64,000 nt of DNA from Candidatus Latescibacterota bacterium. Its GTDB lineage: Bacteria > Latescibacterota > UBA2968 > UBA8231. The stretch lies in the NCBI GenBank assembly GCA_965203175.1, contig OZ241867.1, positions 3,552,001-3,616,000 on the forward strand, in the 5' to 3' direction. The stretch's first letter is position 1; every line of letters starts with the position of its first letter. A program made the position numbers and the translations under genes. This document shows positions 19,193-30,142 of this stretch, one piece after another. Under the pieces are notes generated by a model. It did no database searches, was not told the DNA's origin, and saw only the letters and a program-made list of their open reading frames with translations.

Positions 19193-20110
19193 ATGAACTC
19201 TTTCCGCAACAACCGCCTACGCGACCATGAAACACCTCTGAGCACGGTGTGGCTGCTCAACGACATCGCCGAGTCAAAGGGCAAACAGGAGCTATTCACA
19301 CGCCATTCGCCACAAGCCCTCAAAGCACTTCGCGACATGGCTGTCATTCAGAGCGCTGAATCCTCCAACCGCATTGAGGGCGTGACGGTCGCCCAAGCTC
19401 GCCTTTATCCGCTGGTGCTCGGCCAAGCGAAACCCCGTGACCGCTCCGAGCAGGAGGTGCAGGACTATCGCCGTGCCTTGAACGAAATTCACTCCGACTA
19501 CGCCGCGCTTTCTATCACGCCGGACACCCTGCAACGCCTACATGCCCTTTGCCAATCCGCCAGCGGCGATGCGGGTCAATTCAAACAAGTCGATAACGAC
19601 ATTGTGGAATTCCTGCCCGGACAGGCCCCGGTCGTTCGGTTCCGCTGTGTGAAGGCTGCGGAGACTCCGGCGGCTGTAGAAGAACTCTGCCAGCATTATC
19701 AGCACGCCCTCGACCAAGAGAATATCCCGCCGCTCATCGCCATCGCCGCCCTCGTCTTGGATTTTCTTTGCATCCATCCTTTCCGGGACGGCAACGGCCG
19801 CGTGTCTCGACTGCTTACTCTGTTGGCGCTCTATCAGCACGGCTACGAGGTTGGTATTTACATCAGCTTGGAACGCCTCATTGAGGAATCTCAGGAGGAC
19901 TACTACGAATGCCTCCGGCTCAGTTCCCACCGCTGGCACGATGGCAAACAGGAACTGACGCCTTGGTCCAACTTCATCTTCGCGATCATCCGCCGTGCTT
20001 ACATCGAATTGGAAAAACGCGCCGGTCAGATCAAGGCCCACGGGGTGCCAAGTCCAAGCGGATACTCGCCACCATTCGCGCCCAACCGGGCGAATTCCGT
20101 TATTCAATAA
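19193..20110 (+). CDS. Fic family protein, C-terminus frameshifted/truncated
   Basis: SSNRIEG inhibitory motif, HPFRDGNGR; native tail GPRGAKSKRILATI lies in another frame. Confidence 0.85.
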   Translation: MNSFRNNRLRDHETPLSTVWLLNDIAESKGKQELFTRHSPQALKALRDMAVIQSAESSNRIEGVTVAQARLYPLVLGQAKPRDRSEQEVQDYRRALNEIHSDYAALSITPDTLQRLHALCQSASGDAGQFKQVDNDIVEFLPGQAPVVRFRCVKAAETPAAVEELCQHYQHALDQENIPPLIAIAALVLDFLCIHPFRDGNGRVSRLLTLLALYQHGYEVGIYISLERLIEESQEDYYECLRLSSHRWHDGKQELTPWSNFIFAIIRRAYIELEKRAGQIKAHGVPSPSGYSPPFAPNRANSVIQ

Positions 20111-20144
20111 CGGATCACATCCCAATTCCTAACCAAGAGTATCC

Positions 20145-21155
20145 ATGACCACCCTGTTCGTCACCGGCGGTGCCGGTTTCATCGGCTCCAATTTCATTCG
20201 CTACTGGCTATCGACCTATCCCGACGACCGCATTGTCAACTACGACCTGCTCACCTACGCCGGCAATTTGGCCAGCCTGCAGGATGTGGAAGAAAACTAC
20301 GGCGACCGCTACACCTTTGTCCGCGGCGACATCCAGAATGCCGATCTGACCCGCCACCTCTTTGAGGTCCACCGCCCAGACTACGTGGTCAACTTTGCCG
20401 CAGAATCGCACAACAGCTTGGCCATTGTCAATCCTTCGGCCTTTTTCCAGACCAATGTCGTGGGGACGCAAAAGCTGTTGCAGGCCGCGGCTGATGCCCA
20501 AGTGCCGCGCTTCCACCACATTTCTACCTGCGAAGTGTACGGCGATCTGGCCCTCGACTCGGACGAGTCCTTCAGTGAGGAATCACCCTACCGGCCGCGC
20601 ACTCCGTACAACGCGGCCAAGGCCGCCGCAGACCTAGCCGTGCGCGCTTATGGCCACACCTTTGGCCTACCCGTGACGCTGTCGAACTGCTCCAACAACT
20701 TCGGTCCCTATCAATTCCCGGAGAAAGTCATCCCCTTCTTCTTCGTCCGCCTGCTCACCGGCCAGAAGATGCCGCTGTACAAATCCAGCCAGAACCGCCG
20801 CGAGTGGCTCCACGTCGATGACCACTGCCGGGCCATCGACTTAGTGTTAAAAAAGGGCGAGATCGGCGAGACGTACAATGTTGGCAGCGGCATTGAAAAA
20901 GACGTCGAAACCATTGCCGACCTGATCCTCGACGCCTTGGGAATGGACGCTGCGCACAAAACCTACGTCGATGACCGGCCCGGCCACGACCGGCGCTACC
21001 TACTCGATTCGAGCAAAATCCGCACCCAACTAGGCTGGGAACCGCAAGTCGATTTTGCCCAGAGCTTCCGCGATACAGTCCACTGGTACCGCGACAACGA
21101 AGCGTGGTGGCGTCCCCTGCTGAAGAAAATCCAAGTCCGCGAAGAGGGCTGGTAA
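20145..21155 (+). CDS. rfbB: dTDP-glucose 4,6-dehydratase
   Basis: GGAGFIGSNF, DLLTYAGN, NFAAESH, YNAAK, DRPGHDRRY. Confidence 0.92.
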   Translation: MTTLFVTGGAGFIGSNFIRYWLSTYPDDRIVNYDLLTYAGNLASLQDVEENYGDRYTFVRGDIQNADLTRHLFEVHRPDYVVNFAAESHNSLAIVNPSAFFQTNVVGTQKLLQAAADAQVPRFHHISTCEVYGDLALDSDESFSEESPYRPRTPYNAAKAAADLAVRAYGHTFGLPVTLSNCSNNFGPYQFPEKVIPFFFVRLLTGQKMPLYKSSQNRREWLHVDDHCRAIDLVLKKGEIGETYNVGSGIEKDVETIADLILDALGMDAAHKTYVDDRPGHDRRYLLDSSKIRTQLGWEPQVDFAQSFRDTVHWYRDNEAWWRPLLKKIQVREEGW

Positions 21156-21203
21156 GGGCCTCTTTCTGAACTACTGACGCTGCGCACGATCACCTAGGTA
21201 TGG

Positions 21204-21229
21204 GATGCTTCGCTCCGCTCAGCATGACA
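21204..21229. repeat. Single REP-like palindromic element
   Basis: GATGCTTCGCTCCGCTCAGCATGACA resembles the widespread GTCATGCTGAGCG-N-CGAAGCATC intergenic repeats; one copy only in this window. Confidence 0.5.
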
Positions 21230-21297
21230 GGAGAGGCTGGCATACGGACAGGATGATGCGTAACATCAGTGAATTAGTGAACCATAAACGAGGTAGT

Positions 21298-23280
21298 ATG
21301 AGTACTGATTCCTTTGCAGAAATCGTCGGCCAGACCGATGATGAAATCTATCAAATCCGCACACGCGCTCCTGGCCCCAGCGGCAAGCTGCCGCTGACCA
21401 TAGAGCAAGTAGTAGAAGCGCCGAGCGGCCACATCTTTGGCTACAGCCAGAACGCGGGGATGGGCTGGAACCCCGACGAATTGGGCCGGGGAGAATTCCT
21501 CATCGTCAGCACGCAGGGCGGCATCCGCGCCCCTGATGGCCGGCCGATCGCGCTGGGCTACCACACCGGCCACTGGGAAATCGGCCTGCTGATGGAAGCA
21601 GCGGCCGAGGAAATACACCGCCGGGGCGGCATTCCCTTTGCCGCCTATTGTTCGGACCCGTGCGATGGCCGCACGCAGGGTACGACGGGCATGTTCGATA
21701 GCTTGCCGTACCGCAACGACGCGGCCATGATCCTGCGTCGCTTGATCCGCTCGTTACCGACGCGGCGCGGCGTGATGGGCGTGGGCACCTGCGACAAGGG
21801 ATTGCCGGCGGTCCTCATTGCCCTAGCGGGTACGCCAGACCTGCCGGTCATTGTCGTGCCTGGCGGGGTGACCCTGCCGCCGGAAGAAGGTGAGGACGCG
21901 GGCAAAATCCAATCGGCGGGTTCGCGGCTGGCGCAGGGCGAAATGGATATCGACGACTTTCAGGTGCTCGGCTGCCGCGCCTGTGCCACGCCGGGGGGCG
22001 GTTGCCAGTTTTTGGGGACTGCGGCCACGACCCAAGTTGTGGGTGAGGCGATGGGGCTGTCGCTGCCGCATTCGGCGCTGGCTCCTTCGGGAGAAGCGGT
22101 CTGGCGCGATATGGCCGTGCGCTCGGCGCGGGCGCTGATGGCGCTGGAGGCTGCGGGCATTCGCTCGCAGGAGTTGGTCACCGATCAGGCGCTACACAAC
22201 GCCATGGTAGTCCACGCGGCCTTTGGTGGTTCGACGAACTTGATCCTGCACGTGCCAGCTATTGCCCATGCGGCTGGGCGGAAGCGGCCAGAGGTTGAGG
22301 ATTGGGACCGGATCAACCGCGAGGTGCCGCGCTTGGTGGATGTGCTGCCCAACGGCCCTGAGTTCCACGTTACCGTGCGCGCCTTTTTGGCCGGTGGGGT
22401 GCCCGAGGTCATGTTGCACCTGCGCCGCTTGGGGCTGTTGGAAGAGGGGGTGATGACGGTTACGGGCCGCACGCTGGGCGAAAATCTCGACTGGTGGGAG
22501 GATGCACCGCGCCGCCGCCGCTTCCGCGAGGAACTGCGAAAGCTAGACGGGGTGGACCCGGACGACGTGATTATGGACGCCGATCGCGCCCGCTCTAAGG
22601 GTTTGACTAGCACCATTTGTTTCCCGGTCGGCAATATTTCGCCCGAGGGTGCGGTCGTCAAAAGCACGGCCATCGACGCTTCACTGCTGGACGCGCAAGG
22701 GATCTATCGGCACAGGGGGCCGGCGAAGGTTTTTACCACTGAACGCGACACCATCGCCGCGATCAAGGACGGCAAGATCGAGCCGGGCGACGTGCTGGTG
22801 ATGATTAGCTGCGGGCCGATGGGTACGGGGATGGAGGAAGTGGCGCAGGTTACGATTGCGCTCAAATACACGGATATTGGCAAGCGCGTGGCATTGCTTA
22901 CGGACGCGCGGTTTTCGGGGTTTTCCTCCGGCCCTTGTATCGGGCACATCGGCCCGGAGGCCTTGGCTGGCGGGCCGATCGGCAAGCTACGGGACGGCGA
23001 TTTGATCGCCATTGAAATCGACTGCCACAACCTGCGCGGACGCATCGACTTAGTCGGCTGCGAAGGCGAAGAGTTTGGCGCAGAGGAAGGCCAGCGGGTG
23101 CTGGCCGAACGCACCTTGCGCCCCGACCTTGCACCCGAAGCGGAGTTGCCCGACGACACTAAGCTGTGGGCGGCACTGCAAAACGTCGGTGGTGGCACTT
23201 GGGGTGGTTGCGTCTATGACGTGGACGCGATTGTCGCCACGCTTGAGGCGGGTCGCGCGGCACTAAAGGAGACGTCGTGA
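21298..23280 (+). CDS. YjhG/YagF family D-xylonate dehydratase (IlvD/Edd)
   Basis: [44 protein letters not shown]. Confidence 0.92.
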   Translation: MSTDSFAEIVGQTDDEIYQIRTRAPGPSGKLPLTIEQVVEAPSGHIFGYSQNAGMGWNPDELGRGEFLIVSTQGGIRAPDGRPIALGYHTGHWEIGLLMEAAAEEIHRRGGIPFAAYCSDPCDGRTQGTTGMFDSLPYRNDAAMILRRLIRSLPTRRGVMGVGTCDKGLPAVLIALAGTPDLPVIVVPGGVTLPPEEGEDAGKIQSAGSRLAQGEMDIDDFQVLGCRACATPGGGCQFLGTAATTQVVGEAMGLSLPHSALAPSGEAVWRDMAVRSARALMALEAAGIRSQELVTDQALHNAMVVHAAFGGSTNLILHVPAIAHAAGRKRPEVEDWDRINREVPRLVDVLPNGPEFHVTVRAFLAGGVPEVMLHLRRLGLLEEGVMTVTGRTLGENLDWWEDAPRRRRFREELRKLDGVDPDDVIMDADRARSKGLTSTICFPVGNISPEGAVVKSTAIDASLLDAQGIYRHRGPAKVFTTERDTIAAIKDGKIEPGDVLVMISCGPMGTGMEEVAQVTIALKYTDIGKRVALLTDARFSGFSSGPCIGHIGPEALAGGPIGKLRDGDLIAIEIDCHNLRGRIDLVGCEGEEFGAEEGQRVLAERTLRPDLAPEAELPDDTKLWAALQNVGGGTWGGCVYDVDAIVATLEAGRAALKETS

Positions 23281-23897
23281 ACGGCAAGCAGGTCGTCGTC
23301 GGCATTACTGGAGCTAGTGGTGCGCTCTACGCGGGCCGCCTGCTGCGCGCCCTGCTGATCGGTGGGCACCAAGTGCATCTGGTTTTGTCCAAATACGGGC
23401 GCTACCTGCTCGTCGAAGAGTTGGGTTTCCGTCCCAACAAGGAGAACTTGCGCGCGTTTATAACGAGGTGCTACGGGGAGGAGACCCAAGCTGGTGAACT
23501 GCACGAGTACAATGCCAGCGACCTAGCGGCTCCCATCGCCAGTGGTTCGGTGGCCATCGACGGTATGGTGGTGGTGCCTTGTTCGGTCAAGACGCTGTCG
23601 GGCATTGCTCGCGGGGCGTCTGCGAGCCTGATTGAGCGAGCGGCCGATGTCAGCCTCAAGGAGCGGCGACCGCTAGTGCTGGTGGTGCGCGAGACTCCGC
23701 TCAACTTGATTCAGTTGCGCAATATGACGGCAGCGGCTGAAGCTGGAGCTGTCATTTTGCCGGCCATGCCGGCCTTCTACCAAAAGCCGCAGACCTTTGA
23801 CGATTTGGGTGATTTTATCGCTGGCCGCGTCTGCAACGTGCTGCGGATCGAACATCAACTCTTTCCGCCTTGGCAGGGGCCGGAAGGGAAAAAATAA
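23277..23897 (+). CDS. ubiX: Flavin prenyltransferase
   Basis: [35 protein letters not shown]. Confidence 0.92.
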   Translation: MNGKQVVVGITGASGALYAGRLLRALLIGGHQVHLVLSKYGRYLLVEELGFRPNKENLRAFITRCYGEETQAGELHEYNASDLAAPIASGSVAIDGMVVVPCSVKTLSGIARGASASLIERAADVSLKERRPLVLVVRETPLNLIQLRNMTAAAEAGAVILPAMPAFYQKPQTFDDLGDFIAGRVCNVLRIEHQLFPPWQGPEGKK

Positions 23898-23899
23898 CC

Positions 23900-25363
23900 C
23901 TATATCAGCGACGTTAGCTGGGCGCGGAACAACGCGCGCGGCAGCATGCCTTCGATCAGACGGCCTTCCTCTTTGGCGATGGCGCGACAGACGGTCCACG
24001 GCCCAAAACGGCAGAAGATTTCGCCTTTGAGGCTCGTAGGCGGCTCGCAGTAGAGTGGACGCCCCTCGAACAGGTCTTGTAGTTGAGTCCAGTTCAACTC
24101 GATGCTGGGTCCCTGCATGAGATGTCCCCACAGAGCGACGGTTTGTTGGCTCAGGTAGTGGTAGCCTTTGTGGAGGCGAGCCACCTTCATGCCACCGCGG
24201 ACGAAGTAGGGCAGATGCTCTTGGAGCGCTGGGCCGAGGGCAGGTTGTCGGCACAGGTGGCGGTTGCTGAGGGTGAATATCTGGTCCGAGGGGCAGGGCA
24301 GGGTACCGCTCCACCGGCCTTCGATGGCGCGCCGGGACTCGGCAGCGGCGGGATCAGTCGTTGAGGTAGCCCAATCAGGGGCGTCTCCGAGGCTTGGCGT
24401 CGGTGCGCGTTTGGAGAGGCAAGCGACGAAAGCGCCTTCGGTGTCGTGGTGGTGGGGCCAGATGCGGACGCAGCGGGCGAACTCGGCTGGGAATTGGGCG
24501 GCCAGCGCATCCGGCAACGGTGGTCCTTCAAACTCTGCGATGGGGAGGATCGCGACGTCTTCCTTATAGCGGCGCAACAGCCCGAGGAGCACTTCTTCGT
24601 TTTCCTCCAGCGACAGCGAGCACGTCGAGTACACCAAGGTGCCGCCGGGGCGCAGCATCTGGTAGGCGGCGCGCAAAAGGCCCTTTTGTTGCTGCGCGAG
24701 ATGCTGGGCGTCTTGCGGCGACCAGTAGGTGAGCATGTTCTGGTCTTTGCGCACGATGCCGTCGCCCGAGCACGGCGCATCGACGAGGATGCGGTCGAAA
24801 AAGTTGGGAAAGTAGCGCGTCAGCATGGTCCCTGGGGCTTGGGTCAAGACGTGATTGGCCACTCCGCAGCGCTCCAAATTGCCCACGAGGGCGGGCATGC
24901 GTTTGCGCTGGGGTTCATTAGCCACCAGCAGACCGCTGTTTTGCATGCGAGCGGCAATCTGGGTGGCCTTGCCGCCTGGGGCGGCGCACAGGTCGAGGAC
25001 GCGTTCGCCGGGCTGAGGGGCCAAGACCTCGACGGCTAGCATGGGGGCCTTGGCTTGGACGTAATACGCGCCCATGGCGTGTTCAATGGTTTGGCCGAGA
25101 CTGGCGTCGCCCTCCGGTAAGGCGAAGCCCTCGCTGCACCAGGGCACGCTTTGGCCGCGCTGGTCCAAGTGGAGTCGCACGTGTTGCGCTTGGGCTTGGA
25201 GTGCGTTCAAGCGAAGCGAAGCTGGAGGAGGCGTGCGCGAGCACTGATAAAAGGCCGCACGCTCTTCGTCGTTGGGCAGCAGGCGGCCGATGTACTGGAG
25301 CAGGGCCTGTAATTTATCCGGGTCGTACGCTTTGCGCGTAGATGACGTTGTCTGTTTATTCAT
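23900..25363 (-). CDS. RsmB/NOP2/RsmF family RNA m5C methyltransferase
   Basis: LDLCAAPGGK, DAPCSG, YSTCS. Confidence 0.9.
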   Translation of the reverse strand: MNKQTTSSTRKAYDPDKLQALLQYIGRLLPNDEERAAFYQCSRTPPPASLRLNALQAQAQHVRLHLDQRGQSVPWCSEGFALPEGDASLGQTIEHAMGAYYVQAKAPMLAVEVLAPQPGERVLDLCAAPGGKATQIAARMQNSGLLVANEPQRKRMPALVGNLERCGVANHVLTQAPGTMLTRYFPNFFDRILVDAPCSGDGIVRKDQNMLTYWSPQDAQHLAQQQKGLLRAAYQMLRPGGTLVYSTCSLSLEENEEVLLGLLRRYKEDVAILPIAEFEGPPLPDALAAQFPAEFARCVRIWPHHHDTEGAFVACLSKRAPTPSLGDAPDWATSTTDPAAAESRRAIEGRWSGTLPCPSDQIFTLSNRHLCRQPALGPALQEHLPYFVRGGMKVARLHKGYHYLSQQTVALWGHLMQGPSIELNWTQLQDLFEGRPLYCEPPTSLKGEIFCRFGPWTVCRAIAKEEGRLIEGMLPRALFRAQLTSLI

Positions 25364-25404
25364 CGGGCGGTTAGTCAATAAATATAACGCATACAGCAAG
25401 AGGC

Positions 25405-26079
25405 ATGGGCGTCGCACGCTGCTTCGTCGTCAGCGATCTGCATCTCGGATCGGCTTACTTTTATCATCGCCACTTTTTGTCTTGGCTGGATACCTTGCCT
25501 AAAGGGGTGCCGCTCATACTCAACGGCGACGTCATAGATCGGCCGGGCCAAGCCCTGCCCGACGCCCATCGGGTCGTGTTGGAGCGCCTCGTGTGCGAGT
25601 CGCAATCCCGGCCCGTAATTTGGGTATACGGCAATCGCGATGCCGAGTTCAAGTTGGCTGATTCGGGGCAAATTCGCTTCGTCGATAGCTGGCGGCTCGA
25701 CCAACGGCTGCTCGTAATTCACGGCCACCGGCTCGACCGGCTGATGCCTCGGCACTCAGCGTTTAAGTGGGTTTTCCGCCGCTTGCACCGTTGCCGCATC
25801 TGGCTCGGCGGGCGCGATGCCCACGTGGCCGAGTACGCCAAGAAATGGCCTTTGCTCTACCGGGTACTCAACGAGCACGTAGCGCGCAACGCTCTGCGCG
25901 TGGCGCAGCAGGAGGGGGTTGAAGCCGTGGTCTGCGGGCACACGCACTCGGCTATGGCGATTGAGCGGCAGGGTCGGCGCTATTTCAACACCGGTGCTTG
26001 GACCGAAAAACCCCTCCACTTTCTCGAAGTGGCCCCGGATCGCATAGCCCTGCATACATACGAGGACGACTGTGATTAA
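25405..26079 (+). CDS. LpxH-like metallophosphoesterase
   Basis: SDLHLG, GDVID, GNRD, HG, GHTH. Confidence 0.8.
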   Translation: MGVARCFVVSDLHLGSAYFYHRHFLSWLDTLPKGVPLILNGDVIDRPGQALPDAHRVVLERLVCESQSRPVIWVYGNRDAEFKLADSGQIRFVDSWRLDQRLLVIHGHRLDRLMPRHSAFKWVFRRLHRCRIWLGGRDAHVAEYAKKWPLLYRVLNEHVARNALRVAQQEGVEAVVCGHTHSAMAIERQGRRYFNTGAWTEKPLHFLEVAPDRIALHTYEDDCD

Positions 26080-28264
26080 ATGGACACTTTTATTGGCGGT
26101 GGCTTTGTGGCTGCCGGCCAACGCAGAAGAAGGAGGCCTCATCTGGCCACTGGGCCTTGCACCGGCCCTGACTTCCACCTTCGGCGAATCGCGTTCCCGC
26201 GCCTTCCACGCCGGCATAGATCTCAAGACTTGGGGCGAGACCGGCCACCCCGTCCAGGCCCTAGCCGACGGCTATATATGGCGCGTGAAGACCTCGCCTT
26301 GGGGCTATGGCCGGGTTCTATACCAGAAATTGGCCGATGGCCGCACAGTGGTCTATGCCCATCTGGAGGGCTTTGCCGAGCCCATGGCCGAACTCGTGCA
26401 GCAAGCACAGCAGCAGCGCGGACGCTACAGCGTGGATTTGTATTTTAAGGAAGGGGAAATTCCAGTGCTCGGCGGTTCGGTCATCGCTTGGAGCGGCGAG
26501 AGCGGGGCCGGCCCTCCTCATTTGCACCTAGAACTGCGCGACGCAAATAACGTGGCGGTTAATCTCCTCTTGCACGGGTTCGCCATCGCCGATACGATCG
26601 CGCCGACCTTGCAGCGCGTGGCCATCACGCCGCATGGTCGCAATGCCCAAGTCGAGGGAGGGCACGACCCCTATGTGCTGAATTTGCGCTGGCAGCCGAG
26701 CCGGGGGGAATTCATTGGGGTGCGGACCGTGCAGGTGCTCGGCCCGGTGAGTATCAGCGCGTTGATGTACGATCTCGCCGATGCGGCCCCCAACAAACTA
26801 GCCCCCTATCGCGCGGAATTGCACATCGATGGCGAGCCGGTTTTTGCCGCGCGCTACGAGCGGGTCGGATACGGCGACATGCATCAGATGTATTTGGACC
26901 GGCCGCTGGCTGCCTTTAAGGGCGGGGTGGGCCGCTTTTACAACTTGTGTCGCCTGCCGGGCAATCGCCTCGAATTCTACGAGGGGCCTAGCGATGGCAT
27001 CCTAAACTTGGCCAAGGGGCGGCACGAGGCCGTCGTCGTCGTCGCGGATGTCAATGGCAACGAGAGCCGGGCGCGCTTTGGCTTGGTGGTTGATGAACCG
27101 CCAGCCATTGCCGGGGCGCGGATCGTGGCAAAAGCGGGCGGGACCTTTATCGAGGCGCAGGTGAGCGATGAGGATAACCGGCTCGTGGAAGTAGAATTGG
27201 CTAGTTCCCGCGATGGCAAAAACTGGCGACGCGTAGATCGGCGGCAGAGCCGCTCCGACCCGCTCAAGTGGCAGATCCATCGCAACGCTTCCTATTGGCG
27301 GATCCGGGCGCGGGATCCGGCGGGTGCCGCAGCCTTTGCCGTTTGTCGCCTGCCCGACGACGGGGCCGCTGCGCCGCCCTTTGCCCTAGAACGCCGCCCC
27401 CACCCGGATTTCGTGGAACTCGTGATGCGCTATGAACAAGTGCCTAGCGCTACGCCCTTAGTTCGCGTTGATACCGTTAATATTAGCCCCCGCCAGACCG
27501 GCTTGCGCGAGTTCCGAGTCGCCGTGCCGCTCGATCCGAACGATCCGGCAGCGGGGACGGTTTTGCTGCGGACGCCAAAGGCCGCCGTGCAAAAGGTCGT
27601 CCTCGACCGGCAACTCGTGAAGCCGGGTGCCGCAGCCAAGCTGACCTATGCCAACGGCGAAGTCGAATTGGGTTTTGCCGCGGCGAGCGCGTACGCGCCT
27701 TTCTTTCCGCAGGTCGTGGCCTTTGAGCCGCGCGTATCCACTGCGCTAGTGCCGGCTGGTCCGGCTTTTGCCTTGGGGCCTGACGTCAGTTTTGACCGCA
27801 AGGTCGCACTGCGCTTGCGCTACGACTGGGAAACGCTGCCGCCGGAGAAGCTGGGTATCTACCGAGAGATCGCCGCTGAAAAGTGGTCGCTGGTGAGCAA
27901 TGAATGGGACGCTGAGGCTCGGCAGGTCGTGGCCTTGGTGCGCCGCTTGGGCCGCTATGCGCTGTTGGCCGACCTTGAAGGCCCTGAGATTAGCAGTTTG
28001 CAGCCCGCTGAGGGAGCAGTCGTTGGCCCGCGTCCAGAAATTCGCGGCGCAGTACGCGACCAAGGCGCGGGCATTGGGCGGGAAGCAGACATCGAGTTTG
28101 AGCTCGATGGACGCCCGCTGATCGCTGAATACGATCCAGAAGCCGGGCGCGTGTACGGGCATTTGCTGGAAGATTTGTCGCCGGGTGCACACCGCCTAGT
28201 ACTGAGAGTGCGGGATATGAGCGGCAACCAAGCCGAGGTCCATACGGAATTTACCGTGCGCTAG
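26072..28264 (+). CDS. Secreted M23 family metallopeptidase
   Basis: Signal peptide; HAGID, YAHL, PHLHLE. Confidence 0.85.
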   Translation: MIKWTLLLAVALWLPANAEEGGLIWPLGLAPALTSTFGESRSRAFHAGIDLKTWGETGHPVQALADGYIWRVKTSPWGYGRVLYQKLADGRTVVYAHLEGFAEPMAELVQQAQQQRGRYSVDLYFKEGEIPVLGGSVIAWSGESGAGPPHLHLELRDANNVAVNLLLHGFAIADTIAPTLQRVAITPHGRNAQVEGGHDPYVLNLRWQPSRGEFIGVRTVQVLGPVSISALMYDLADAAPNKLAPYRAELHIDGEPVFAARYERVGYGDMHQMYLDRPLAAFKGGVGRFYNLCRLPGNRLEFYEGPSDGILNLAKGRHEAVVVVADVNGNESRARFGLVVDEPPAIAGARIVAKAGGTFIEAQVSDEDNRLVEVELASSRDGKNWRRVDRRQSRSDPLKWQIHRNASYWRIRARDPAGAAAFAVCRLPDDGAAAPPFALERRPHPDFVELVMRYEQVPSATPLVRVDTVNISPRQTGLREFRVAVPLDPNDPAAGTVLLRTPKAAVQKVVLDRQLVKPGAAAKLTYANGEVELGFAAASAYAPFFPQVVAFEPRVSTALVPAGPAFALGPDVSFDRKVALRLRYDWETLPPEKLGIYREIAAEKWSLVSNEWDAEARQVVALVRRLGRYALLADLEGPEISSLQPAEGAVVGPRPEIRGAVRDQGAGIGREADIEFELDGRPLIAEYDPEAGRVYGHLLEDLSPGAHRLVLRVRDMSGNQAEVHTEFTVR

Positions 28265-29271
28265 CGCAGCGGTACGGGGGCACCAGCTTGGCGTAGCGAT
28301 GCCTGCGCGGCCTCCAAGACCCGCACGACGCGCAGCCCGTCGCGGCCATCGCTGCGGGGTGCTTGGCCAGTGCGCACGCACTCGACGAAATGCTGGCACT
28401 CTAGCTTGAGCGGCTCGGCCATCTGCAGCCGCGGAATGACGACATCGCCAAAGCGCAGCGCGATGGAGTCGCCATAAGAGTCGTATTGCGGTCGCTCGGC
28501 CGATTTGTCGTAGATGCGCACCTTTTCCGTGCTTTCCACATCGTCAAATACCGCCATCTTGCGACTGCCGACCACGGTCAGACGGCGGATGCGGTGCGGG
28601 TCGAGCCAAGAAAGCTGCATCTGCGCCATCTTGCCATCGGCAAAGTGCAAATTGGCAAAGACTACGTCTTCGATGTCGGGTTGTAGATAGCACTCGCCGC
28701 GGGCGCTGACCGCGTCCGGCTCTTGGCCGAGCAGGTACAGGATGACCGAGATGTCGTGTGGTGCCAAGCTCCACAGGGCGTTTTCGTCGCGGCGGACAAT
28801 GCCCAAGTTGACGCGCTGGGAGTACAAATAATACAAGTCGCCCAGCGCGCCTTCCCGCACTAAATCATGCAGCATGTGCACGGCTGGGTGGTACTTCAGC
28901 AGGTGTCCGACCATCAGCACCCGACTCCGCTCTGCGGCTAATTCGACCAAATGGGCCGACGTGGCGGCGTCGAGGGTCATGGGCTTTTCGACGTACACGT
29001 GCTTGCCTCGCTTTAGGGCGCGGTGGGCCAATTCGTAATGTTGAGTGGCTGGGACGGCTAATACCACGGCGTCGAGCGCGTCGTCGCCGAGTATCTCGTC
29101 GTAGTTGGCGGTGATAGGAACTTCTGGGTACTGGCTCTGAATGGCGCTGCGGATTTCCGGGCTGGCGTCGCAGACTTGGCGCAGATGGACGTCGGGCAGG
29201 TCGTGGAAGACGCGCACTAGGTTTTTGCCCCAATACCCAGCGCCGACGCAGGCGATTTGGACGCGGCTCAT
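28261..29271 (-). CDS. Gfo/Idh/MocA family oxidoreductase
   Basis: GAGYWGKN, VEKP, SLAPHD. Confidence 0.9.
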   Translation of the reverse strand: MSRVQIACVGAGYWGKNLVRVFHDLPDVHLRQVCDASPEIRSAIQSQYPEVPITANYDEILGDDALDAVVLAVPATQHYELAHRALKRGKHVYVEKPMTLDAATSAHLVELAAERSRVLMVGHLLKYHPAVHMLHDLVREGALGDLYYLYSQRVNLGIVRRDENALWSLAPHDISVILYLLGQEPDAVSARGECYLQPDIEDVVFANLHFADGKMAQMQLSWLDPHRIRRLTVVGSRKMAVFDDVESTEKVRIYDKSAERPQYDSYGDSIALRFGDVVIPRLQMAEPLKLECQHFVECVRTGQAPRSDGRDGLRVVRVLEAAQASLRQAGAPVPLR

Positions 29272-30059
29272 GTGCGCTGGAAATAATTGCCGATGTCGGC
29301 GGCTAGGCTGGCCAAGGCTTGACTGCCCTCGGTTTGGGGATGCGTCTTTACGATCGGCTCGCCTGCGTCGGCTTGGCTGCGGACGAGCGGGTCGAGTGGA
29401 ATTTCACCTAGATAGGGAATGTCCAAGCGGTTGGCTGTGGCACGGCCTCCTCCGGCTCCGAAGATGGGGTCGGCATGGCCACAGTTGTCGCAGTGGAAAT
29501 AGCTCATGTTCTCGACTAAGCCGACGATGGGCACCTCGGTCTGGCGGAACATCTCGACGCCGCGACGCACGTCTTCGAGAGCAATGGCCGAGGGCGTGGT
29601 GACGATCAAGGCCGCAGTCAAGGGTGCCACTTGGGTTAGCGTGATTTGTACGTCTCCGGTACCAGGGGGTAAGTCGATGAGTAGCAAATCGAGCTCGCCC
29701 CAAGTGACGTTGAAGAGGAATTGGTGCATCATCTTGGCCAGCATGGGGCCGCGCCACACGACCGGGGTACCCGCGTCGATTAGTAACCCCATAGAAATGG
29801 CTTTGAGGCCGTGCACGGACAAGGGCTGGATGCGGCCGTCCTCCGCGGTTGGCTTGCCTTCTAAGCCGATTAGGCCCGGGATGTTGGGCCCGTAGATGTC
29901 GGCGTCGAGCAAGCCGACTTGTAGCCCTTGGTGGGCCAAGCTCACGGCCAAGTTGGCGCAGAGCGTGGACTTGCCGACGCCGCCCTTGCCGCTAGCTATG
30001 GCTAGTGTATCTTTAATACCGGTAATGGGTTGGCGGTTGTGGGTTTGTGGGGAGTTCAC
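29268..30059 (-). CDS. mrp: Mrp/NBP35 (ApbC) Fe-S carrier ATPase
   Basis: SGKGGVGKST, DADIYGP, WRGP, DLPPGTGD, ENMS..CDNC. Confidence 0.92.
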   Translation of the reverse strand: MNSPQTHNRQPITGIKDTLAIASGKGGVGKSTLCANLAVSLAHQGLQVGLLDADIYGPNIPGLIGLEGKPTAEDGRIQPLSVHGLKAISMGLLIDAGTPVVWRGPMLAKMMHQFLFNVTWGELDLLLIDLPPGTGDVQITLTQVAPLTAALIVTTPSAIALEDVRRGVEMFRQTEVPIVGLVENMSYFHCDNCGHADPIFGAGGGRATANRLDIPYLGEIPLDPLVRSQADAGEPIVKTHPQTEGSQALASLAADIGNYFQRT

Positions 30060-30142
30060 TGGAGTTCCTGCTGCGTAGTGGAAAATTTGAAGTATAGAGG
30101 AAAGACCTCCTCGCGGCAAGGGGATAGACAAAGGAGCTAGCC

